Shown one piece after another: positions 37,717-45,694 of a stretch of 64,000 bases of DNA (positions are counted from its first letter, which is position 1; every line of letters begins with the position of its first letter). The DNA is from a bacterium (GTDB lineage: Bacteria > Desulfobacterota > DSWW01). The notes under the pieces were generated by a model. It made no database searches and was not told the origin of the DNA. It was given only the letters and a program-made list of their open reading frames with translations. The stretch is from contig JBFLZG010000004.1 in assembly GCA_040756235.1 (NCBI GenBank), positions 1-64,000 on the forward strand, given 5' to 3'. The position numbers were made by a program, and so were the translations under genes.

Positions 37717-38543
37717 GCCGACCTCCACTGGAGGCCGTGAAGGGATTCCCACTTCCGATGTCGCTCGAAGAGGAGAGCAGCAATCTGTTCGGCAGCCTCT
37801 TCCCGACAAATTGCGAAGCTGGGCCAACTGTTGATGTCGATCATGTAGTGGCCGTCCCGCGTGGCGACGATGTCGCCGCCGAATACCTCGAGCCCCAGCT
37901 TGGCTGCAGCCACCTCGGCGGTCTTCTGGATCTTCTCGGGGGAGAAGGGATAACCCTGGACCTTGTCGGGCTTGTGATAGAAGAACCGGAACCACTTGCG
38001 CGACGGGATGCCGTAAAACTTGATCAGGTCTCCCTGGATGTGTTCCTGCAAAATCGCCTGATGGACCAACCGGCTGCGCAGGGACTCCATGGCTTCTTCC
38101 AGCGAGTAACGATCGTGGATCAGCCGGACGTCCTCCGGATGGGTGCTGTGGACGTCCCCGCGCTTGACCCAGACGCCCTTGCTCAGCTCGAATTGGCCGT
38201 TCACGTGCCCGTTGATGTCCACGAGCAGGGACTTGGGAAACGGAATCGGGGTGCCGGACAGGAGAGAGAGCATCCGATACCGATGGCAGTTCTCGACGGC
38301 GCGCGGGTTGTTGACGATCGGATAACCTTGGGCTTCCCACTCTTGCAGGATCTTCAGGCAGTGAGGGCCCTCGCACATCGCAAACGTCATGTCCGGTGCC
38401 GAGTCTGCACGGAGCTCGTCCGGTCGTTTGAGGTCGACCTGAAGACCGCATCCCCTGAGCGCCTCCGCGGTGAGGCGGAGAACGGCGGCGTCGTCTCCCA
38501 CACGATTGGGAGAGTACAGCTCCTCCCGAAAGATTCCGATCAT
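37713..38543 (-). CDS. ATP-grasp-fold protein (RimK-like ligase)
   Basis: WVKRGD, LQEHIQGDLIKFY, GLEVFGGD, IDINSWPSF. GAGGTGA RBS. Confidence 0.8.
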   Translation of the reverse strand: MIGIFREELYSPNRVGDDAAVLRLTAEALRGCGLQVDLKRPDELRADSAPDMTFAMCEGPHCLKILQEWEAQGYPIVNNPRAVENCHRYRMLSLLSGTPIPFPKSLLVDINGHVNGQFELSKGVWVKRGDVHSTHPEDVRLIHDRYSLEEAMESLRSRLVHQAILQEHIQGDLIKFYGIPSRKWFRFFYHKPDKVQGYPFSPEKIQKTAEVAAAKLGLEVFGGDIVATRDGHYMIDINSWPSFAICREEAAEQIAALLFERHRKWESLHGLQWRSA

Positions 38544-38678
38544 GGGATGATCACCTCGCTCTCTCATTCTCTAATTGGTTTGCCTGCGGTTGAGCAGCCC
38601 CTTGGAGCAGGCCGCGCGGCGCAGAGAATGCTTTGGCCGGGTCATCCGGCAACCGGTTCACAGGCAAAACTTCTCGAC

Positions 38679-38707
38679 TAGATATAAAAAGTCTTTTGAA
38701 ATGTCAA
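38679..38707 (-). promoter_or_regulatory. Putative internal sigma-70 promoter
   Basis: Minus strand TTGACA-N17-TATCTA in an AT-rich patch. Confidence 0.5.
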
Positions 38708-38747
38708 TAGGATGCCGGCCAACCTTTAGAGAACCCTAACAGAAATT

Positions 38748-39449
38748 CTATACCAAAGACGGCCCGCGTGCGAATCGCTCTGCCAGCCGGACGTCCTCCG
38801 GGCTGTCGATATCCAGAGCCATGGCGAACTCCTTGCCCCACACGCACACGCGGTCCACGACCCACTCGAGGTAGTTCCGAAGGGCCGGCACCGTGCGGCC
38901 GGCGGCAAGCCCGGGCAGATCTTTGAGGACCAGATAGAGCCCGGCCGTGACCCACTGGCGCCCGCAAACGGAACTCCCGATCCGATCCACCCTGCCGGTT
39001 TCGCTCAGTTCCACCCACAGGGGTTTGGTATCCTCTACGAACTTGGTAACGGCAAGCACCAGAGAGCACTCGGCCGGGTACGAGCCTACCGCAAGGAGGG
39101 CTTTCAACTCCCGGCCCGAAACGATGGTATCCACCGTCGTCAGGAGGTACGGAGGATCGCCAAGCCGCTCCATGAGAAAAGCAAAACTCTCGTAAGAGCT
39201 GGCCGTGGTCTTCCTGGAAACGTGGATGCGTCGAGCTTCGGGCCGCTCGCTGAGATATTGCTCGACCGCGTCGAAGCGCGGTTCCTCGTTGAGCAGGACC
39301 TCGGTTCTGTCCACGCCGGCCTGGAACAGGTTGTCCAGCAGATAGGATATGAGCGGCCGCCCCTGGATCCGAATCAGCGGCTTCGGTTCTCTCCATCCGG
39401 CTTCCAGGAACCGAGACCCGGTGCCGGCTGCAAAGATGCCCGCCTTCAT
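38748..39449 (-). CDS. Sugar/polyol-phosphate nucleotidyltransferase
   Basis: IFAAGTGSRF...PKPLI, TTVDT, LDIDSPED. ATGA overlap with the HAD gene. Confidence 0.9.
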   Translation of the reverse strand: MKAGIFAAGTGSRFLEAGWREPKPLIRIQGRPLISYLLDNLFQAGVDRTEVLLNEEPRFDAVEQYLSERPEARRIHVSRKTTASSYESFAFLMERLGDPPYLLTTVDTIVSGRELKALLAVGSYPAECSLVLAVTKFVEDTKPLWVELSETGRVDRIGSSVCGRQWVTAGLYLVLKDLPGLAAGRTVPALRNYLEWVVDRVCVWGKEFAMALDIDSPEDVRLAERFARGPSLV

Positions 39450-40192
39450 GGAGTCCTGCCTCCACGGGGTTCCGGGCGCCCGTCCAGCAGGAGGGGAGGC
39501 AACTCCTCGAGAGACCAGATGACCGGATCGCCCGGACAGCACGGCTGTCCAACGCTCGAAGACGCCCCTGCCAGCCACACATGAGGCATACCCGCGGCCC
39601 TTGCCCCCTGCATGTCCCGGAAAACGTTGTCACCGATGAATACGGCCTGTTCGGGCTCCAGCCCAAGGCGCTCCAGGGCGGACCGAAAAATCCTGGCGTC
39701 CGGCTTCATGACCCCCTCACGGCTGGAATCGACCAGACAATCGAAAAGATCCAGAATGCCCAGATCCGAGCAGACCCGCTCGAGGTTGCCGTAAAAGTTC
39801 GAGACGATGCCCAGGCGAAAGACGCTGCGAAGCTTCTCGAGCGAAGGCCGGTTCCGGGCAACCGTTGCTTCTACGTCCGCAAGAAAATCAGCGGCTACGG
39901 CCTTCCCGAGCCGCTCACCCGAGGAGATCGGAAGACCTTCCATGACCTTGGCGACCTGGACCTCCACCGTTTCCCGCAGGCTGGCGTCCCAGAGGGCCCT
40001 CTCTTCGATGAGGGTGTCGTCCGCGCGATAGAAGGCCTGGCGAAACACTTCCCGGTCGACCCTCAGCCCGTGCTTCCAGTAAAGAGGAAAGAGACGGTCC
40101 TGCCAGGTGACTCCGTCGGCATCGAGGGTGCCGCCGAAATCGAACAGGCAGGCCTTCAGGGGCCCATGCTTCCACGGACGATCGTCGAGCAA
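39446..40192 (-). CDS. HAD-superfamily hydrolase
   Basis: FDFGGTLD, IVSNF, KPD, FIGDN...D. Confidence 0.9.
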   Translation of the reverse strand: MLDDRPWKHGPLKACLFDFGGTLDADGVTWQDRLFPLYWKHGLRVDREVFRQAFYRADDTLIEERALWDASLRETVEVQVAKVMEGLPISSGERLGKAVAADFLADVEATVARNRPSLEKLRSVFRLGIVSNFYGNLERVCSDLGILDLFDCLVDSSREGVMKPDARIFRSALERLGLEPEQAVFIGDNVFRDMQGARAAGMPHVWLAGASSSVGQPCCPGDPVIWSLEELPPLLLDGRPEPRGGRTP

Positions 40193-40240
40193 GGCCAGAT
40201 CGTCTCCCGCTTGCCGCTCTCATGCCCGGTCGGACCCGGG

Positions 40241-41281
40241 CTAAGACAGCATCTCCTCCGTTGGACTCATGGCCGGAGATTTCTCGCGACGTTCCTGCGC
40301 CCGGGACCGGAAAGGATTCATCTGCACGAGAAAGACGAACCCGATCGCGACGTACACGATTTCACGGGCCCGGCGGAGCAGCCCGAAGGACAACCCCAGG
40401 GCCGATGACATCCCCATGGCCAGAAAAACCAGGACCTTCCCGCCGTCGCTCCCGCCCAGTCGGGCGGGGATGAAGAAGAAGAGGTTGTTGGCGAGCACCG
40501 TGATGGCCTCTATGGCCCAGACCTTCGGCAGCGTGGCCGGGACCCCCAGCAGCACGAGCAGGAAGAATCCTTCGACCGCGCCGATCATCCAGCCGCAGAA
40601 GTTCAGTAAAAGAGAGAGCCGGAATCGGTTGCCGCCGTTGGCGTGAAACACCGAAATCCGATCGTCGAGCCGCTCCGCCTTGAGGGTCATCTTCTCGAAG
40701 AACGAACGGGCGATCCCGACCCTTCCAAGCCCCCGGAACATCCAGGCGAAAAGCCCCTTCTTCTGCCTCCACAGGAACAGCAGGATCCCTGTAGACATGA
40801 GCACGAAGACCAGGACGCTGCCCAGAGCCATCTCTCGACTCAGGAGCCGGTAGCTGATGGCCAGCACGATGCCCGTGGCCTGAAACGCGATCATGCTGAT
40901 CGATTCGGAAAGCTTGTTGACGGTGACCGATGACAGTCCCTCGACGAACGGTACCTTGTCCCGGAGCAGGTGGGCCTTCATGGGCTCCCCTGCGAGACTT
41001 CCGCTCACGACAACGTAGTTGACCGCATCCCCGGCAAGGTAGGCCCGGGAGATCTTCCACAATCCCGCGGCCCTTCCGTGCTCATCCAGCAGGACCCTCC
41101 AAGCCAATATGAAAAAGAACTGGCCGATTCCGTAGAACAGGATGACCGGCAGGATCCAGGGGCCGACGCGACGCAGGTGCTCGAGCACCGGAGTGGCATG
41201 CACCCAGTACACCAACCCTGCAAAGAGGGCCAGCCCCAGCGCAGAAGAAACGAGGTTCGTCCTGGCCGTTTTCGAGAGCAT
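40241..41281 (-). CDS. Lysylphosphatidylglycerol-synthase TM-like (flippase/HpnL-like) membrane protein
   Basis: About 8 TM helices, WRVLL, GEPMKA, IPARLGGSDG, RRARE. Confidence 0.85.
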   Translation of the reverse strand: MLSKTARTNLVSSALGLALFAGLVYWVHATPVLEHLRRVGPWILPVILFYGIGQFFFILAWRVLLDEHGRAAGLWKISRAYLAGDAVNYVVVSGSLAGEPMKAHLLRDKVPFVEGLSSVTVNKLSESISMIAFQATGIVLAISYRLLSREMALGSVLVFVLMSTGILLFLWRQKKGLFAWMFRGLGRVGIARSFFEKMTLKAERLDDRISVFHANGGNRFRLSLLLNFCGWMIGAVEGFFLLVLLGVPATLPKVWAIEAITVLANNLFFFIPARLGGSDGGKVLVFLAMGMSSALGLSFGLLRRAREIVYVAIGFVFLVQMNPFRSRAQERREKSPAMSPTEEMLS

Positions 41282-41371
41282 ATCGCCCCGCGTCTCCAAG
41301 CCCACATACATTGAACCCAGATCAGCGTGCTCGATCTGGGTCGATTTTGCGAATTCAATTGAGATGGGTTA

Positions 41372-41401
41372 TAAATACCACATGGATCGTGGGTTTGTCA
41401 A
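41372..41401 (-). promoter_or_regulatory. Putative promoter of the lipid-headgroup operon
   Basis: Minus strand TTGACA followed by TGGTATTTA, within the AT-rich divergent region 41340-41560. Confidence 0.45.
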
Positions 41402-41621
41402 GGAGTTTCAGCCGTTCTATGGTTCAAATAAAACACGTGAATCCAACAAGTTATACTGCAAATCCGAATCCTTCGTGAAGCCATGGGGGGGCCTGGACTA
41501 GAAGGAGTTCGGACGGTTTTATAAAGCTTATTACAAAAACATAAATGTGTATGTGAACTGCGCCGACGGAGCGGTTCCCTTGTCGGATGCAGCCGACGGC
41601 TCGAGCAGACGAGGAGGAGAA

Positions 41622-42041
41622 ATGCTGCAAAGAACACTCTGCATGGTCAAGCCGGACGGAGTCCGGCGCGCACTGATCGGGGAAGTGATCGCCCGCCTTG
41701 AGAAGGCGGGGCTGCGGGTGGCGACCCTGAGAATGTGCCGGCTCCAGGAGGGGGACGCCCAAGCATTCTATTCGGTTCACAGGGGGAAAGGCTTTTACGA
41801 GAGCCTGACCCGGTTCATGTCTTCAGGGCCGATCGTGGCGATGGTCCTGGAGGGCGAAGAGGCCATTCAGAGGGTCCGCAAGATCATGGGTGCGACCAAT
41901 CCCAGGGAGGCTGCTCCGGGCACGATCCGGGCGGACTTCGCTCAGGAGATCGAGCAGAACGTGGTCCACGGTTCCGACAGCCCGGAGTCGGCTGCCATCG
42001 AAATTCCCTTCTTCTTTGCGGAGCTGGAGATCCTTCGCTGA
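41622..42041 (+). CDS. ndk: Nucleoside diphosphate kinase
   Basis: RTLCMVKPDGV, GATNP, PGTIRADF, NVVHGSDS. AGGAGG RBS. Confidence 0.97.
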   Translation: MLQRTLCMVKPDGVRRALIGEVIARLEKAGLRVATLRMCRLQEGDAQAFYSVHRGKGFYESLTRFMSSGPIVAMVLEGEEAIQRVRKIMGATNPREAAPGTIRADFAQEIEQNVVHGSDSPESAAIEIPFFFAELEILR

Positions 42042-42057
42042 AACAGGATCCTGAGGC

Positions 42058-42531
42058 GTGTCCAGAATACCTCCATGGCTTCTCGTCGTTCTCCTGGTGC
42101 TCTACCTGGTGAGCCCGATCGACTTGGTGCCGGATTTTCTCGGTCCGGCCGGAAGAGTGGACGATATCCTGGCCGTAGTCGCCGGGCTGCTCTTTCTGCA
42201 GGCGCTGCGCACCGGCCGACGTCTCAGGAACGTTCGGGGCTCGCGCGCTCCCCATGCGGAGGAAGGAGGACGGGAGCAGGCGGATGCCGGGGCTTGCGGC
42301 CCTGAGAAGGATGCCGGTCGCGACCCGGCAGATCCCTACGAGGTCCTGGGTGTGAGCCGGGACGCGCCGATGGAAGAGATCCGGGCCCGATACAAAGAGC
42401 AGTTGCTCCGGTATCATCCGGACCGCGTGCACCACTTGGGCCGCGAATTTCAGGAGCTCGCCGACCAGAAGACCAAAAGGATCAACACGGCTTTTGGCGA
42501 GATCGTACGCGAGAAGTCTCCCAAAGCCTGA
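42058..42531 (+). CDS. DUF1232 membrane domain fused to DnaJ J-domain
   Basis: YLVSPIDLVPDF...GRVDD, DPYEVLGV, YHPD. Confidence 0.88.
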   Translation: MSRIPPWLLVVLLVLYLVSPIDLVPDFLGPAGRVDDILAVVAGLLFLQALRTGRRLRNVRGSRAPHAEEGGREQADAGACGPEKDAGRDPADPYEVLGVSRDAPMEEIRARYKEQLLRYHPDRVHHLGREFQELADQKTKRINTAFGEIVREKSPKA

Positions 42532-42555
42532 CGCGATCCGTGCCCTTACGGCTGA

Positions 42556-42584
42556 TTGACAATCCCGCCGGGGACCCTTAGGAT
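42556..42584 (+). promoter_or_regulatory. Putative sigma-70 promoter
   Basis: TTGACA-N17-TAGGAT. Confidence 0.6.
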
Positions 42585-42668
42585 CGCGCGCATTTTGACC
42601 ACCAGGGCTCGGTACGATCCAAGCAGATTCCAGGGGGCGTAGAAAGACGCTCTCCACAGAGGGAGACC

Positions 42669-44219
42669 ATGAGCCAGCGAGACAGCCGCCAGGAGCTCCT
42701 CGACCGGATTCGCAGAGCGGATGAAGGAGGAGGCGAGGACAGGATTCGGAAGCAGCACGGGGAAGGCAAGCTCACGGCACGCGAGAGGCTCGACCGGCTT
42801 CTGGACAAAGGGAGCCTCGTCGAGATCGACAAGCTCGTGACGCATCACTGTGCCTATTTCGGTATGGAGAAGAGGAAATTTCCGGGCGACGGCGTCATCA
42901 CCGGCCACGGCACCATCGACGGGAGGCCGGTGTTCGTCTTCGCTCAGGACTTCACCGTGCTGGGGGGGACTCTGGGGCGGGCCTTTGCCACCAAGATCTG
43001 CAAGATCATGGAAATGGCCGTGAAGAACGGGGTCCCTGTCATCGGCCTCAACGACTCCGGAGGAGCCAGGATCCAGGAGGCGGTCGAGAGCCTGGCGGGC
43101 TATGCCGACATTTTCTTCCGGAATGTCATGGCCTCCGGTGTGGTCCCGCAGATCTCCGCCATCATGGGGCCCTGTGCGGGCGGAGCCGTCTATTCTCCGG
43201 CCCTGACCGACTTCGTCTTCATGACCCGCAACGCCAGCTACATGTTCATCACGGGTCCGGAGGTGGTCAAGGCGGTCACCCGCGAGCAGGTGACCAAGGA
43301 GGAGCTGGGCGGGGCCATGACCCACAACGTCAAGAGCGGTGTGGCGCACTTCGCTCCGGCCGACGACGCAGAGTGCCTTTCCATGATCCGCGAGCTCTTC
43401 GGCTATCTCCCCTTGAACAATACGGAGGATCCGCCGAGAGTGGAGCCCAGCGACCCCCCGGACCGCATGGAGCCCGCCCTCCGGGACATGATTCCCCAGG
43501 ACCCCAACACACCGTACGATATCAAGGACGTCATCCGCGCCGTCGTGGATCACGGCAAGCTCCTGGAGGTGCATGAGCACTTCGCCCCCAACATCGTCGT
43601 GGGCTTTGCCCGGCTGAACGGCCGGGTCGTGGGCATCGTCGCGAACCAGCCCAAGTACCTGGCCGGCTCACTCGACATAGAAGCCTCGGTGAAAGGCGCC
43701 CGGTTCGTTCGCTTCTGCGACGCCTTCAACGTGCCGATCCTCACCTTCGAAGATGTCCCCGGCTTCCTGCCGGGGACGGCGCAGGAATATGGCGGGATCA
43801 TCAAGCACGGGGCCATGCTGATCTATGCGTACTGTGAGGTCACCACACCCAAGATCACCGTGATCACGCGCAAGGCTTACGGCGGCGCCTATTGCGTGAT
43901 GTCCAGCAAGCACATCCGGGGGGACATCAACCTGGCCTACCCGGGGGCCGAAATCGCGGTCATGGGCGCGGAGGGTGCGGTGAACATCATCTCGAGGAAG
44001 GAGATCGAGGCGGCCCGGGACCCCAACGCGAAGAAGAGGGAGCTGATCGAGGAGTATCGCAGGACCTTTGCCAATCCCTATCAGGCAGCCGAGCTCGGGT
44101 ACGTGGACGAGGTCCTGCTTCCGGAGACGACCCGGCCCAGGGTGATCCGAGCTCTTGAGCTACTGGTCAACAAGAGAGACGTGAATCCGCCCAAGAAGCA
44201 CGGCAACATTCCACTATGA
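42669..44219 (+). CDS. pccB: Acyl-CoA carboxylase beta / methylmalonyl-CoA carboxyltransferase subunit
   Basis: [52 protein letters not shown]. Confidence 0.92.
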   Translation: MSQRDSRQELLDRIRRADEGGGEDRIRKQHGEGKLTARERLDRLLDKGSLVEIDKLVTHHCAYFGMEKRKFPGDGVITGHGTIDGRPVFVFAQDFTVLGGTLGRAFATKICKIMEMAVKNGVPVIGLNDSGGARIQEAVESLAGYADIFFRNVMASGVVPQISAIMGPCAGGAVYSPALTDFVFMTRNASYMFITGPEVVKAVTREQVTKEELGGAMTHNVKSGVAHFAPADDAECLSMIRELFGYLPLNNTEDPPRVEPSDPPDRMEPALRDMIPQDPNTPYDIKDVIRAVVDHGKLLEVHEHFAPNIVVGFARLNGRVVGIVANQPKYLAGSLDIEASVKGARFVRFCDAFNVPILTFEDVPGFLPGTAQEYGGIIKHGAMLIYAYCEVTTPKITVITRKAYGGAYCVMSSKHIRGDINLAYPGAEIAVMGAEGAVNIISRKEIEAARDPNAKKRELIEEYRRTFANPYQAAELGYVDEVLLPETTRPRVIRALELLVNKRDVNPPKKHGNIPL

Positions 44220-44343
44220 GGCTGACGATAAACGCCCATCTGCGGCGTTCGGCTTGGCCCTCGTCGTTGCGGCGTACTGCCATGTACGCCTCACTCCTCG
44301 GGCCTGCGCCTGCCTTGCATCTGGGCATTTCTCGCCAGCCTCA
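44217..44343 (+). mobile_element. ~125-bp hairpin MITE-like element
   Basis: TGAGGCTG...CAGCCTCA ends and an internal GGCGTAC/GTACGCC stem. Homologous to 60427-60553. Left arm is duplicated at 44356-44396. Confidence 0.75.
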
Positions 44344-44426
44344 GGTCGCGTGGAGACGATAAACACCCATCTGCGGCGTTCGGCTTGGCCCTCGTCCGTC
44401 ACAGCCGGGGAACCGCCGGCCGCTTC

Positions 44427-45185
44427 TCACCCGGCCGGGCTGATCTCCGCCTCTTCCTGCCATTCCCTCTTCTTCCCGGTCAGGCGGACCACCTGAAGGC
44501 TCATCTCGAACAGCACGAGAAGCGGCCCGGCCAGCAGCAACTGGCTGATCACATCGGGACCCGGCGTCAGCAAGGCCGCGGCCACGAAGACCAGGACGAT
44601 GGCGTACCGCCTCTGTCTGGCCAGCCCCTTGTAGGTGACCAGCCCCATGCGCCCCAGGAAGAAGAAGGCGATGGGCATCTGGAAGACCAGCCCGAAGGCA
44701 AGCATCATGTGCCACGCGAAAGAGAGATAGTACAGGGTGGTGGGCATGGCCCGCAGGGTATCGCTGGAAAAGGCCATGAAGAACTTGAAGGCGAAGGGAA
44801 AGACGATCACGTAACAGAAGGCGGCCCCGCCGAAAAAGAAGATCAAGGAAAACAGGACCACGGGGATTACATAGCGCTTCTCCCGCTCGTACAAGCCCGG
44901 GGCCACGAACATCCAAACTTCATACAGGAGGACCGGCATGGCCAGGAACACGCCGGCGATGAGCGAAAGCTTCAGGTACGTCACGAACGCCTCGGCCACC
45001 CCGATGTATTGCAGGGCGCTGCCTTCGGGCAGTTGCCTCTGAAGGGGCTTCGCGAGGAAGAGAAACAGTTGCTCCTTGACGAAGTAGGAGATGCAGAAGC
45101 CGACCGCTACGGCGACACAGCAGATGATGAGGCGCCTGCGCAGTTCCTCCAAGTGGGCCGCCAGCGGCATCTTCTCGTCCGCCAT
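44427..45185 (-). CDS. tatC: Twin-arginine translocase subunit TatC
   Basis: HLEELRRRL, FVAPGLY..E, FGLVFQMP, LTPGPD. Confidence 0.96.
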   Translation of the reverse strand: MADEKMPLAAHLEELRRRLIICCVAVAVGFCISYFVKEQLFLFLAKPLQRQLPEGSALQYIGVAEAFVTYLKLSLIAGVFLAMPVLLYEVWMFVAPGLYEREKRYVIPVVLFSLIFFFGGAAFCYVIVFPFAFKFFMAFSSDTLRAMPTTLYYLSFAWHMMLAFGLVFQMPIAFFFLGRMGLVTYKGLARQRRYAIVLVFVAAALLTPGPDVISQLLLAGPLLVLFEMSLQVVRLTGKKREWQEEAEISPAG

Positions 45186-45478
45186 CAGGGCTTGTCCGAG
45201 GTCTCTCGGCCCGGGCTCGGCTGCCCTTCTCCGCCGGGAGGTGGTGGGGTGGGTTCCTGCTCAGGCGTCTTCCTGGGAAGGGGTTGCCTATCGTTCCGGC
45301 TTCGCCGGACAATCTCATTGTCGCTCAAGATGCTTCTCCGAAGATCCTCGGACGTGCGGCGCAGCTCCGCCAATCCTCTGCCCAGGCTCCGTGCCAGCTC
45401 CGGGAGCTTCTGGGGCCCGAGAACCAGAAGAGCCACGGCGAGAATGATCAACAGCTCGGAGAAGCCAATGTCCAGCAT
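45185..45478 (-). CDS. tatB: Twin-arginine translocase TatB/TatA-family subunit
   Basis: IGFSELLIILAVALLVLGPQKLPELAR (E and GP pattern typical of TatB). Confidence 0.85.
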   Translation of the reverse strand: MLDIGFSELLIILAVALLVLGPQKLPELARSLGRGLAELRRTSEDLRRSILSDNEIVRRSRNDRQPLPRKTPEQEPTPPPPGGEGQPSPGRETSDKP

Positions 45479-45522
45479 GGTCGTAGATGTTACAGGAGGC
45501 GTTTGGGATCGTCGCTCCCTTC

Positions 45523-45551
45523 ATTAGAACCCGCGCCACCGGGGTTGTCAA
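45523..45551 (-). promoter_or_regulatory. Putative sigma-70 promoter of tatBC
   Basis: Minus strand TTGACA-N17-TCTAAT. Confidence 0.6.
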
Positions 45552-45564
45552 TGCGGAGTCGAAT

Positions 45565-45650
45565 GCGAAAAGGCCAACGGGAGAAGGCGAAAGGGGCGAG
45601 TGAGGAGCGTAATTCTTACTGCTTTCACCTTTGACCTTTTAGCCTTTTAC
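45565..45650. repeat. Inverted heptamer-array element
   Basis: Purine-rich ~7-mer units followed by CTTTCAC-CTTTGAC-CTTTTAG-CCTTTTA. Confidence 0.55.
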
Positions 45651-45694
45651 CGGGGCAGGGGGTGAGCCGCGGATGGCCATCTCGCAAGAGCCTG

